Source of the DNA: an uncultured Chloroflexia bacterium
GTDB taxonomy: Bacteria; Chloroflexota; Chloroflexia; QHBQ01; JADMIH01
DNA length: 64,000 nucleotides
Direction: 5' to 3'
NCBI GenBank assembly: GCA_963837315.1
Contig: CAWINE010000002.1
Location: 458,505-522,504 of the forward strand
A program made the position numbers and the translations under genes. Numbering within the stretch: the stretch's first letter is position 1; every line of letters starts with the position of its first letter. Below are positions 28,324 to 38,235 of the stretch, one piece after another. The notes beneath the pieces were generated by a model, which was not told where the DNA came from, did not search any database, and was given only the letters and a program-made list of their open reading frames with translations.

Positions 28324-29513
28324 TGCACCTGTAGATCATGTCGCTTACTCCTTGCGGCTGCGGCGTCCACCGCCGCCTTGACCGCCGTGTGCTTTATTTC
28401 GCCGTCGTGCGTGATGAGCGTGCCCGCCACGATATCATCCTCCATATTGAGGTTGAATTCGCCTTCCTTGGTCAGCATCAATGCCAGCAGGTTGGATACG
28501 TTCTTCGAGTAGAGCTGGCTGGAGTGTATGGGCATGCTGCTGGGCACGTTGAGCGGGCCCAGTATGCGCACGTTGTGCTTGATGAAGTCGCAGCCGGGCT
28601 CGGTCAGAGTGCAGTTGCCGCCGTTCTCGGCGGCCAGGTCGACGATCACGGAGCCGGGCTTCATGTCCGCCACCATATCCTCGTTCACAAGCTCAGGAGC
28701 AGGCCTACCCGGGATCAGCGCGGTGGTAATCACCACGTCCGAGTCCTTCACATGCTTGTGAAGCATCTCGACCTCGCGCTTGTGGGCCTCTTCCGAAAGC
28801 GCGGCCGCATAGCCGCCCTTGGTCTCGGTTTGCTCCTCGATCGGCATCTCAACGAACTTCGCGCCCAGGCTCTCCACCTGCTCTTTAACGGCGGGACGCA
28901 CATCGAACGCCTCTACTACCGCGCCGAGCCGCCTGGCCGTAGCGATAGCCATCAGGCCCGCCACACCCGCGCCGAGCACGAACACTCGCACCGGCGGCAC
29001 GGTTCCGGCAGCCGTCATCAGCAGCGGGAAGAACTTGCCCATCGAGTTGGCAGCCATCAGCACAGACTTATAGCCCGGCCACAGTGCTCATCGAGGAAAG
29101 AGCGTCCATGCTCTGGGCGCGTGTGGTGCGCGGGATGGCGTCCATGCTGAAGCTGGTGATCCTGGCGTCGGCAAGGGCGCTGCACGATGTCGTGGTTGAC
29201 GAGGGGCGCGAAGAAGGTGATAAGCACGGAGCCGGGCTTCATCATGGCAATTTCGTTCTTGCCCGTCTGCTCGTTGACGAACGGGCGCTGGACCTTGCAG
29301 ATCAAATCGCTCTGGCTGTAGAGAGTGGCGGCATCGGGCGACAATTTTGGCCCCGGCCTTCTCGTAAGCCTCATCCAAAAAAGAGGAGTTCAGGCCTGCA
29401 TTGGTCTCGACCAGCACCTGTACTCCCTTCTTTACCAGTTGCGCCACGCTGTCCGGGATCAGCGCAACTCTATTTTCGCCCGGGACTATCTCTTTCGGGA
29501 CACCTAATATCAT
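28320..29513 (-). pseudogene. pntA: NAD(P) transhydrogenase alpha subunit, soluble dI part (PntAA), 3 frameshifts
   Basis: The protein can be followed through four pieces in different frames: MILGVPKEIVPGENRVALIPDSV..., PDAATLYSQSDLICKVQRP..., LADARITSFSMDAIPRTTRAQSMDALSSMSTVAGYK, and AANSMGKFFPLLMTAAGTVPP...VLGAGVAGL. Shifts lie near 29340, 29177 and 29075. Confidence 0.85.
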
Positions 29514-29753
29514 CAGTGCCTCCTCCGTATTGTTTTTGTGCCATTTATTATTGTACAGTCTGGGGGCAAAATCGTCTAATCGCTTGCACGAAGGCGTTAG
29601 TTGATGAGTGAAGCAACCTTTTGCCTGCTGTCAAGAGGGTAATTGATTAGCACACGACTGATGCAAAGTCGAGAAAATACCCGGGCTATGCCGCCCGTCT
29701 AGGTGACACGCTGAGCACCAACTGTCCGCCAAGCCTGCTGATTAGCCTCCATA

Positions 29754-30215
29754 TCACAACCTCTGGCGACTCGGAGACATGAAATGGGCCTGCAACTCCT
29801 CACAGAAGCTCTTGATCTCTTCCGGCGCAATTACGTCCCGTTCGGCCGGCTTCAGCATCTTGAAAATGCCAGGACCTATTAGCTCCGAAGCCAGGTCCTC
29901 CGCGCGTGCAATCACATGCATATGCACATGCTTAAAATGCTCCGCCTCCGCGAAGAGGGCCACATACTCTTTTTGGGTCCCGAGCACTTCATGAAGGACT
30001 TTGCTGGACTTCTCCATGAGCTGGCCCAACTCCGCGATTTCCGCACCGCTTAGCTCGTGCAAGGCTTCGGCATGCCTCTTCAGCACGATCACAAGCCAGC
30101 CTTTCATCCCACATGGATAAGCGTGATCAACTATCCAGTGCTCGCCTTCGTAGACCACCGGCCCTGGAGAAATCCGACGCTCTCCACTGATAGATTTGCA
30201 GCTATAACATTCCAT
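29754..30215 (-). CDS. HIT-family (histidine triad) protein
   Basis: N-terminal CxxC and the triad HVHMHVI. Confidence 0.85.
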   Translation of the reverse strand: MECYSCKSISGERRISPGPVVYEGEHWIVDHAYPCGMKGWLVIVLKRHAEALHELSGAEIAELGQLMEKSSKVLHEVLGTQKEYVALFAEAEHFKHVHMHVIARAEDLASELIGPGIFKMLKPAERDVIAPEEIKSFCEELQAHFMSPSRQRL

Positions 30216-30334
30216 GAATTACCCTACAGCAAGCGAGGATAGCAAGCGAGGCGGCCAAGCCTGGCCGCCCCTCGAATGCGCCTTTGCACGGAGGTGTTAT
30301 CTCTAAAATCAAATAAAGGTCCCGGCGAGCACTC

Positions 30335-30358
30335 GCACCGCGGTTTCAACCGCGGTGC
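30335..30358. terminator. Hairpin just downstream of mdh
   Basis: GCACCGCGG tttcaa CCGCGGTGC gives a 9-bp stem. The U-tract is weak. Confidence 0.4.
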
Positions 30359-30377
30359 ATCCCCTTTATGCCCTCAC

Positions 30378-31364
30378 TTACAGAAGATCCTTCACGTCCT
30401 CGCGCTCCGCGATCAGCTCGAACTGGGTGGTATCGAGCTTCTTGCGACCGTAGGCGGAGACGTCTACGCCTTCGACCCTCTGGATATCGCCTTTGCCATC
30501 CGAGCGGCAGGGGAACGAGAAGATCAGGCCGTCGGCGATGCCGTAGTTGTTGCCATCCGAGATGATGGCCGCGCTGAACCAATTGTCGTCGGGCGTGGGG
30601 TTGACCATGCTTCGCACGTGGTCGAGTATCGCGCTGGCCGCCGACGCCGCGCTTGATTTGCCGCGCGCCGCTAGTATTGCCGCCCCGCGCTTCTGGATGG
30701 TCTCCACGAACTGGTTTTCGAGCCAATCGCGATCGCCGATCACTTTCGTGGCGGGCTGGCCGCCGATCAGGGCGTTCTCGAAATCGGGGTACTGCGTGGA
30801 GCTATGGTTGCCCCAGATAGTCATCTTCGTGACATCTGTGACCAGCTTGCCCGACTTGATGGCCAGTTGCGCCGCCGCCCGATTCTGGTCGAGACGTGTG
30901 AGGGCCGAGAACCTGTCGCGTGGCACATCGGATGCGTGGTGCATGGCGATCAGGCAGTTCGTATTGCAGGGGTTGCCCACGACTACTACGCGAATGTCAG
31001 AGGCCGCAGTCTTGTTGATGGCCTCGCCCTGCTCGCGGAAGCTGGTCGCGTTCATCGTGAGCAGGTCTTTGCGCTCCATCCCTTGCGTGCGCGGCGTCGC
31101 GCCCACCAGGAGCGCCCAGTTCGCTCCGCTGAATCCCTCAGAGTCGCTATCGGTGATTGTCACGTCGCGCAGCAGCGGGAACGCGCAATCCTCAAGCTCC
31201 ATCTTCACCCCCTCAAGCGTGCTCACGAACTGCGGCACTTCCTTGAGGATCAGGCTCACCGGCTGGTCCATCCCGAATACCTCGCCGTTCACAACCCTGA
31301 AAATCAGGCTATATGCCACCTGCCCGGCCCCGCCGGTAATTGCTACTGTAATAGGTGATTTCAT
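30378..31364 (-). CDS. mdh: Malate dehydrogenase (Thermus/cytoplasmic type)
   Basis: 328 aa with ITGGAGQVAYSLIFR, VVVGNPCNTNCLIA, TRLDQNRA and IWGNHSSTQYPD. Confidence 0.95.
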   Translation of the reverse strand: MKSPITVAITGGAGQVAYSLIFRVVNGEVFGMDQPVSLILKEVPQFVSTLEGVKMELEDCAFPLLRDVTITDSDSEGFSGANWALLVGATPRTQGMERKDLLTMNATSFREQGEAINKTAASDIRVVVVGNPCNTNCLIAMHHASDVPRDRFSALTRLDQNRAAAQLAIKSGKLVTDVTKMTIWGNHSSTQYPDFENALIGGQPATKVIGDRDWLENQFVETIQKRGAAILAARGKSSAASAASAILDHVRSMVNPTPDDNWFSAAIISDGNNYGIADGLIFSFPCRSDGKGDIQRVEGVDVSAYGRKKLDTTQFELIAEREDVKDLL

Positions 31365-31380
31365 CGTTGAACCTCCTGTC

Positions 31381-31480
31381 GTCAGTTGTCAGTTGTCAGT
31401 TGTCAGTTGTCAGTAGACGGTGGGCAGTGGGCAGTCGACCTTCGTCGTCTACTGACAACTGACAACTGACAACTGACAAC
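31381..31480. repeat. Long hairpin of inverted TTGTCAG arrays
   Basis: GTCAGTTGTCAG x4-5 then TAGACG on the left, and CGTCTA then CTGACAA x4 on the right. The loop contains GGGCAGT x2. Confidence 0.9.
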
Positions 31481-31488
31481 TACGTATG

Positions 31489-32011
31489 TCACCTATGTGC
31501 TCTGTGCCTGCGCCGTGTTCTCGAGCTATGACCGCCGTCCTCTTCATCTTTAGCGAGAACGCTGATCGTACCGTCCACTTCGAGGGTTGCCTTGCCGATC
31601 TGCGAGATGCGGTCCAATCTCGTGCTCGCGCGCTGCCATCAGCAGCTCATCCATGTCGACGCCTTCGTGCTTCATATGGTCGTAAGAATATGTGGCCGTC
31701 CTGCACCAGCATGCTCGGCTCACCTTCCAGCCACTTCCTTACAAACGGTACTCTCGCAACCAGGTTCGATAGGAGCCCAGTTCGCTGTAAGCAGCGTGGC
31801 CGCCGACACGATGCCACCCGTTAGTGAGGTATCCGGACCGGTCATGGCGTTCTGCACCGCGTTGCTCAGGGTCAGGATCAGCACCAGGTCGAAGGGGGTC
31901 ATCTGCCCAAGCTCGCGCTTTCCAAAGAAGCGCAGACCCGAACACAACGACCAGGTAGACGATAAAGGTCCTGAGCACGATCTCGAGCAGCATTGTGCTT
32001 ATCTCAATCAT
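31489..32011 (-). pseudogene. DUF421/YetF-family membrane protein, at least 4 frameshifts
   Basis: The pieces are MIEISTMLLEIVLRTFIVYLVVVFG, LRFFGKRELGQMTPFDLVLILTLSNAVQNAM, LVARVPFVRKWLEGEPSMLVQDGHIFL, DHMKHEGVDMDELLMAAREH and RISQIGKATLEVDGTISVL. They lie in successive frames. Confidence 0.6.
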
Positions 32012-32038
32012 TCCGCGTTACAACGTCCTCCTACGCGT

Positions 32039-32143
32039 ACCAGTGACCAGTGACCAGTGACCCGTTTCGTTTCTTCGTCGGTCGTTGCTCGTCGATCGTC
32101 CGTCCTGACAACTGCACAACTGACAACTGATAACCGACAACTG
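32039..32143. repeat. Heptamer-word spacer (GTGACCA x3, TCGT-rich centre, TGACAAC x4)
   Basis: Read directly. Confidence 0.85.
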
Positions 32144-32145
32144 GG

Positions 32146-33251
32146 CTATTGCAGATCGCGCAGGGTAGACGAGATCAAATAGTCGACTACCGCGTTCATA
32201 TCGCCCGTCTTGCGGTACACCTCAAGCTGCCTGTCGGCCCCGGTGCCCTCTCGCAGCAGGGTATGAATGTGGTTGACCGCTTCCCGGCTGCCCAAGCTCG
32301 TCAACTACGTCGTCCACGAACTCAAGCAGCTCGACGGCAAGCTGGCGCATGGGCACCTCGGCGCGCTTGCCAAAGTCTATCAACATGCCGTCGATGCCGT
32401 AGCGCGCCGCACGCCATTTGTTCTCCATGATGAGGGCCCTGTCATATAGTCTGAAGCCCACGTTCTGCTGCCGCAGCTTGTATAGCTTGGCCACAATCGC
32501 CTGGAAGAGCGCCACCAGCATGATCGCATCGTTGACAGTGGTGGGCATATCGCACACCCTGAACTCCAGGGTGCTGAAATAGGGGTGCGGCCTCAAGTCC
32601 CACCAGATTTTCTTGCCGTTGTCTATGCAGTTGGTCTGCACCAGCAGGTTGACGAACCCCTCGAACTCCGCCCACGAGTTGAACGTGGACGGGATGCCGG
32701 TGCGCGGGAACTGCTGCCACACAATCGTCCTGTACGATTTCAACCCGGTCGACTCGGCCCTGCCAGAAGGGCGAATTCGATGAGAGGGCCAGCATATGGG
32801 GCAGGAAATAGCGCGCCTCGTTCATGATGTCGATCAGCAAATCGCGGTCAGGTATGCCGACATGCACATGCAGCCCGAAAATGAGGATGGAGCGCACCAC
32901 ATCCTGCAGATCTTGCTCAAGCACCTTGTAGCGATCGTGTTCGGTGATCAGCTGGCTCTGCCAGTGCGAGAAGGGTGTGCGCCCGCGCCGACAATCGCCA
33001 GCCCCGTTGTGGTCGCCAGTTGCCCCAGGCCCTGAACGGAGCTTGACCACTTCCTGCCGCGCCTGCTCCACATTCTCGCAGATGGGGCTGACAGTCTCCA
33101 CCATCGACTGTATCATCTCGCGCTTGATATTCTCCGTCAGCGCCTCGCCCCCGCTGGCAAGCATTTGCTCGACATGCGGCCTCAGATCGCGCGTCGAGGG
33201 GTCCACGATCTGGAACTCTTCCTCGACCCCGATAGTGAACATTTTCTCCAT
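32146..33251 (-). pseudogene. Carboxylate-amine ligase (GCS2/YbdK family), at least 4 frameshifts
   Basis: MFTIGVEEEFQIVDPSTRDLRP, FGLHVHVGIPDRD, YFLPHMLALSSNSPFWQG, WWDLRPHPYFSTLEFRVCD and ENKWRAARYG. Shifts lie near 33032, 32975, 32750 and 32290. Confidence 0.8.
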
Positions 33252-33267
33252 AGCTAGCTCCTGTACA

Positions 33268-33330
33268 AGAAATGAGAAATGAGATATGAGAACCTAGCGC
33301 ACTTCTCATGTCTCATTTCTCATTTCTCAC
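33268..33330. repeat. Hairpin of inverted GAAATGA arrays
   Basis: AGAAATGAGAAATGAGATATGAGAA ... TTCTCATGTCTCATTTCTCATTTCT. The right arm touches the stop codon of the upstream gene. Confidence 0.9.
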
Positions 33331-34739
33331 TTCTTCTCCACCACCATCGTCGGCACTACCGAGCCTGTGCCCGCGGTTACGTTGAGGAGGGCAGCTGACG
33401 ATAGCCTGGTCAGCACGCCCTGGGTATCCGAGCCGAATACGAATGGATCGAGGTCGGCGGTGAGGTCGCGGAAGCTGACCCCGTGCGTCGGGTCGTAATA
33501 CGGGTACGACTCCTGGTCCAGGTGAACGGCCCACTGGACCACGAAGGGGCTGGCAAGCGCTTCCTTGATGGCCCGCTGCCATTCGTCCTCATTCGACGCC
33601 CAGCCAATGGTGACGCCCTTTCCCGCCGTACTCGTCGTTCGGCTTCAACACCAGCCGCTCACGGTTTTCCGAAATGAAAGGAATAAGGTCGATTTGCCGG
33701 TCGTTGAAGGTGGTATGCCCCTCCGCGACTTTGCGCGTCCAGGGGATATGGCGGTGGATTATGTCAAGCTCATGGGCACTGAAGAGATGGGCGTTGGCGT
33801 CGTCGTGCAGCAGCCCGAAGCTCATCTTCTTGTGCAGCAGCTTGGCGCGGAACGAGTTGATGACGCACACCGCGCCCGCTTCGTAAGCGTCAAGGGTTGC
33901 TTTCGCTGCCTCGGGCTTCTCAAGCAGCTCACTGGTAAGCACTCGCTTGTAGTAGATGTCGATCACGAAATCGCCGTCGCGCAGCCTGCCGTCTTTGAAC
34001 TCGAGCCGCTCAGGCGCGGTTATAAGCACATTCAAGCCTTTCGAGTGGAAGTACTGCTCGAAAAGCTCGAACTCGGTGGAAGTCGCCACATCCTCCCAAT
34101 CCACGATCGCGATATTGGGCTGCTCGTTGAAGTTGCTCGCGCCCCTGTTGGCCCGAAACTCCCGCCAGACGTCCTCGATAGCCTGCATGAAGCGGTCGCG
34201 GGCATACAGCGGCCTGGACCCTGTACCCGCTCTTCGCCTGCCATTCTTTCATGACAGGCAATTCCTGGAATACCTCGGCAAGCACGTCTTCGTAAGCTAT
34301 GGCAGCGGGCGATTCGGCGTTCATCTCCACAAAGCGCCAGTCGCGCTCCGACCAGAACGAGTTGAGGCGCGCGCTCGGGCGAAGGCTCCTCGAAGCCTGG
34401 ATCGACCATAACGAGATGGCGCTCGGTTGGCGTCAGATCAAGCTGCGCGAGCAGGTTCTCGTCGTGCAAGGCGGCCCGCCGAAGCTTTATCATGGCCGAC
34501 GCGAGCGTACCAACCACATCTTTTATGACCGAGTATTGCCCGGCGGTGACGAAGTGCGGTCTCAAATACCGGCTAAACGGCTCGCCACGGAACACCAGCA
34601 GACGCTCTTCGCTCAACCGAGCCAGCATCTCCTGAGAATCGGCAGCCACCCGGGGATTGCCTGCCAGAAACTCGTGATAATCTTCAATAGCGGGGTGCGC
34701 GCTCTCCGCCTCAATACTCGCATCTGGAACAAAGCTCAT
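33327..34739 (-). pseudogene. Glutathionylspermidine-synthase-like (pre-ATP-grasp) amidoligase, 3 frameshifts
   Basis: RLNSFWSERDWRFVEMNAESPAAIAY has the RxDF...LE.NA.sP layout. IAIVDWEDVATSTEFELF, VINSFRAKLLHKKMSF and LVLKPNDEYGGKGV are also present. Shifts lie near 34365, 34212 and 33603. The exact subfamily is uncertain. Confidence 0.6.
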
Positions 34740-34784
34740 TGCACACCTCTTGCTGTTGCTGCTTGGACAAACGTTTTTCTTTCA

Positions 34785-34984
34785 CCGCCAAGACGCCAAG
34801 ATCCGCCAAGATCGCCAAGGTTTTTATTGTTTTTACCACAAAGACACGAAGATCACGAAGGTCACGAAGGTCACGAAGGTCACAGGATATTATTGTTTTG
34901 AATAACAGAGTACACAGAGGATTATTATGGTTATAATACCCATGAGAACCTTGGCGATCTTGGCGGATCTTGGCGTCTTGGCGG
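34785..34984. repeat. 200-bp modular element with perfect 36-bp terminal inverted repeats
   Basis: CCGCCAAGACGCCAAGATCCGCCAAGATCGCCAAGG at 34785..34820 is the exact reverse complement of 34949..34984. The interior holds three units, each an AT-rich core (GGWTTNTTATNGTTNT) plus a CACGAAG/CACAGAG word array. Confidence 0.9.
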
Positions 34985-36061
34985 TTATCGTTTTTCGTTT
35001 TTCGTTTTTCGTTTTACGCCTTCCCGCTCACCTTTTTTCGCCTCCTGGGCGGCGCCTGCCACGTCCTCGTGGGCGAATTCGGTCCAATCCTTGATGGGGG
35101 TGCCCATGGGCGGAGGGGTCGAGTTGAGGAAGCTATCCCAGCGGTAGTTTGCGCCTGGAGTATAACCGTTAAGCGCGCGGTCGATTACGAGGTCTGACAT
35201 ATTCTCCACCACCCATTCGAAATAGCTGGGTGTGATCGAATGGTAGTCCATATCGGGGGCGGGGTTCAGCCAGTCGATCGCGTAGGGGATGTTGTCGCGC
35301 ACGGCAAACTCTACGGTGTCCATGTCGTAGCCGAGGCTGCTGGTAAGGGTGATCGCGTCCCGCACGATCCTGTCGTGCAACTCTTCACCGAAGAAATGGG
35401 CCGGGTCTTCCACGACGTAGCGTAGGTGGAACGGGTTGCCAGGCTCGTACCTGATTACTTTGATATTCTTCTGCCCCAGGCAGATGCAGCGGGCATATTT
35501 ATCGAACTCGATGCCCTCCTGCAAAATCATCCCAAGCTCGCCCGTCTGGTCGAAGCACCAGACCAGCTCGTCAAGATTGTGCGCCTTGTAGACGTTCTTC
35601 CAGCCCCCTCCCCAGAATGGCTTGAGAAAGCATGGAAAGCCCACATATTCGGAGATCGATTTCCAATCGAGAGGGTATTGCAGGTTACGCAACGATTCGG
35701 AAACCACGCCCTCAACGTACGATTTCTGAGGCAGCACGATGGTCCTGGGCACAGCCACACCCTGCTTGGTCGCCACACATGCCTCAAAGAATTTGTCGTC
35801 GGCGGCCCACCAGAAGGGGTTGTTTATGACCACACAGCCGTCCAACACCGCTTTCTTGAGATAGCCCCGGTAGTATGGTATCTCGTGCGAGATTCGGTCC
35901 ACGATCACGGCGTAAGGGATAGTCTCGTCCATGCGGGTGCCGCCCAACCGGCAGAACTCGGCGCGCACGCCCATATTCTTTGATTTCACACGGTCTATGA
36001 AGGCGTGTGGAAATGTGTTCTCCCGACCCACCAGCAAACCAACAATCTTCTCTTCAGCCAT
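34985..36061 (-). CDS. ATP-grasp domain protein
   Basis: The start is set at MAEEKIVGLLVG (ATG 36061). The ATP-grasp layout includes GFPCFLKPFWGGGWKNVYKAHN, MILQEGIEFDKYARC and VEFAVRDNIPYAIDWLNPAPD. The last 8 codons are encoded by a CGTTTTT heptamer array. Confidence 0.7.
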   Translation of the reverse strand: MAEEKIVGLLVGRENTFPHAFIDRVKSKNMGVRAEFCRLGGTRMDETIPYAVIVDRISHEIPYYRGYLKKAVLDGCVVINNPFWWAADDKFFEACVATKQGVAVPRTIVLPQKSYVEGVVSESLRNLQYPLDWKSISEYVGFPCFLKPFWGGGWKNVYKAHNLDELVWCFDQTGELGMILQEGIEFDKYARCICLGQKNIKVIRYEPGNPFHLRYVVEDPAHFFGEELHDRIVRDAITLTSSLGYDMDTVEFAVRDNIPYAIDWLNPAPDMDYHSITPSYFEWVVENMSDLVIDRALNGYTPGANYRWDSFLNSTPPPMGTPIKDWTEFAHEDVAGAAQEAKKGEREGVKRKTKNEKR

Positions 36062-36792
36062 ACAATCCCCCTTTTCACCAGAGATACTCTTAACACCATC
36101 AACTTCCACCAGGGCCAATCGTGCCATGCCCCGCCCCATAAATCGAGGTTGTTGGGAACGGCCTTGTCCCACAGCGCACGGGATAATGCCTCGGTCGAGC
36201 CACGGGAAATATCTTCCGAGCCCACCGGCAGGATGATCTCCTGTTGTCTCATTCTCGACAGGTACCAGTCGTCGTGAAGGTTGGGCACATATTCGAGGGG
36301 AGAATTGAAATAGACCTCCGTGTCGTACCCCCCTCTCGTCAGGAACTCCAGCGAATAGGCCCCGCTCATAGCCAGTATCCGCCGCACCCTATCGGGGTGC
36401 CTGAAAGCCAAATTAATCGCGTGATAAGCCCCGAACGACGCTCCTGCCAGGTTTAGATCGATATCTACCCTCCCGTTCCTCTCTCGGAAAAAAGGGATAA
36501 CCTCATACAGAAGATATTGCTCGTACTGGTTATGGCGCTGTGCCCTATCGTGGGGTGAGATGCCCCGGTTGTACCATGACTTGCCGTCAATGGCGTCCAC
36601 ACAAACCATTTGTAAGGCGCCGCTGTCGAACCTTTCGGAGAGAGTGCCGATTAACCAGAATTCTTCGTTCTGGTAGAAGTGGCCCAAGGAGGTAGGGAAG
36701 GCGATGATGGGACGTCCCCCGGTCCCGAATAATAAAAGCTCCATCTCTCGATTGAGATGGGGGCTATACCATTTATGGTATTCGCGATGCAT
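35995..36792 (-). CDS. Esterase-family alpha/beta hydrolase (putative esterase, PF00756-like)
   Basis: The start is set at MHREYHKWYSPHL, with GGGAG upstream. Also present are LLFGTGGRPIIAFPTS, the elbow LAGASFGAYHA and AWHDWPWW. The 3' end overlaps the next gene by 67 nt and may hide a frameshift. Confidence 0.7.
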   Translation of the reverse strand: MHREYHKWYSPHLNREMELLLFGTGGRPIIAFPTSLGHFYQNEEFWLIGTLSERFDSGALQMVCVDAIDGKSWYNRGISPHDRAQRHNQYEQYLLYEVIPFFRERNGRVDIDLNLAGASFGAYHAINLAFRHPDRVRRILAMSGAYSLEFLTRGGYDTEVYFNSPLEYVPNLHDDWYLSRMRQQEIILPVGSEDISRGSTEALSRALWDKAVPNNLDLWGGAWHDWPWWKLMVLRVSLVKRGIVWLKRRLLVCWWVGRTHFHTPS

Positions 36793-36950
36793 AAAGTGAG
36801 TGCTCCCTTTTGACTGCTGAGTTGGAGCGCACATTCGCGTCCATAGGATCGAGGGGATGCGATGCGGAGCAATTTTAGCACGTTTACCCGCCCCACGCAA
36901 CCTGCTTTTTGTCTGACATCCACTTATAACTGAGCCACCGGGGACCACTG

Positions 36951-36983
36951 ACGGGAGGGACCACAAGTTGTGGTCCCTCCCGT
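36951..36983. promoter_or_regulatory. 33-bp near-perfect palindrome in a divergent intergenic region
   Basis: ACGGGAGGGACCACAA g TTGTGGTCCCTCCCGT lies between the esterase operon (-) and the methyltransferase (+). Confidence 0.4.
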
Positions 36984-37330
36984 TATCACGCCTTATCATA
37001 AGTGACCAGGGCTTTGTCAAAGTGGAGAAAATGGCCAGGGCGTGCCACCCGCCTGGACCTTGTCATTCTAAACGCAGTGAAGGGTCACTATCCCTGGCAG
37101 TGTGCGCTGAAGACAACTTCTTCACTCCGTTCACTGCCCGCTGCCCACCGGAAGGCAACCAATTCGATGGCCCTGTTGTGTTAACATCGGCTGTTTGATG
37201 CTGAGCCCTACGAACCCCGCTCGCTGGACAAAGCGGCCGAATTGTGCAATATGATGGAATGTCGAGCAGCGATCAGCCGGAGGTAATCGGTAATCGATGA
37301 TTGTGGGTAACTGATAACGAGGAGGATGTC

Positions 37331-38143
37331 ATGGCAACCGAGAGCGCCTATGAAATCAGCTCAATACCCGGCGGCGTAGACCGGGAAGTGGAGCGGCTGC
37401 GCGACCAGGCGCTAACAACCTGGCCAAAAGAAGCACGCGACCTCAAGTGGTGGGGTTTGCGCGACGGTATGTCGGTGATAGACGTGGGAGCCGGGCCGGG
37501 TTTCATAACCGGTGAGCTGCTTGATATGCTGCCTTCCAGCAAAGTGACTGCCCTTGAAATCGACCCGGTAATGATAGAGCGCGCCCAGGGATATCTGGCC
37601 GGCAAGAGCGGTGATAGGCTTGCAATCGTCCAGGGATCGGTCATGGGTACTAAGTTGCCGGACGATAGCTTCGATTTCGCGATCGCTCGCTATCTATTCC
37701 AGCATCTACCTGACCCGGTGGGCGCGGCTCGCGAGGTCAGGCGAATATTGAAGCCGGGGGGCAAATTCGTGGTGCTCGATATTGACGATGACGAGCACCT
37801 GTGGGAGCCTCCAGACCCGCCCGAGCTGAAGGCGATGAACGATAGATTAACCGCCGAACACAAAGAGAAGGGCGGCAACCGCTATGTCGGCAGAAAGCTG
37901 CTGCGCATTCTTCAGAAGGCCGGCTTCCGGAATTGCACCATGGAGGCCCTGGTGATCCACAGCGACGAGGTAGGCATGGATTTCATGGCTCCCCAGCTTA
38001 GCCCCGAAACACTCAGGCCCGATCTTGAGGCGGGCAAGATAACGCAGCGAGAGTTCGATCTCGTGGTCGAATCTTACGAAGAGCTTTGCGGCCCCAATGG
38101 GCTGATTATGCTGCTGCTATTCATGGTTTGCGGAGAGAAATAA
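37331..38143 (+). CDS. Class I SAM-dependent methyltransferase
   Basis: Motif I VIDVGAGPGFITGEL and post-I VTALEIDPVMI. GAGGAGG lies 6 nt before the ATG at 37331. Confidence 0.85.
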   Translation: MATESAYEISSIPGGVDREVERLRDQALTTWPKEARDLKWWGLRDGMSVIDVGAGPGFITGELLDMLPSSKVTALEIDPVMIERAQGYLAGKSGDRLAIVQGSVMGTKLPDDSFDFAIARYLFQHLPDPVGAAREVRRILKPGGKFVVLDIDDDEHLWEPPDPPELKAMNDRLTAEHKEKGGNRYVGRKLLRILQKAGFRNCTMEALVIHSDEVGMDFMAPQLSPETLRPDLEAGKITQREFDLVVESYEELCGPNGLIMLLLFMVCGEK

Positions 38144-38152
38144 CCCCAGCTC

Positions 38153-38225
38153 GAATTCTAATCTTAATTTTGAATTCTTAGTTAACGACGGAAATCAAGA
38201 ACTCAAAATTAAGAATTCAGATTCA
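38153..38225. repeat. AT-rich imperfect hairpin containing GAATTC sites
   Basis: GAATTCTAATCTTAATTTTGAATTCTTAG ... AAGAACTCAAAATTAAGAATTCAGATTC. It is the same word family as 39252..39303. Confidence 0.8.
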
Positions 38226-38235
38226 AGATTGCGCC

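Noticed and set aside
34785-34984. Possible CRISPR array in the repeat-rich spacers
   Set aside because: Repeat units are only 7-9 nt, directly tandem, without spacers of constant length. The internal core units are about 20 nt and AT-rich. No cas genes are present in the window.
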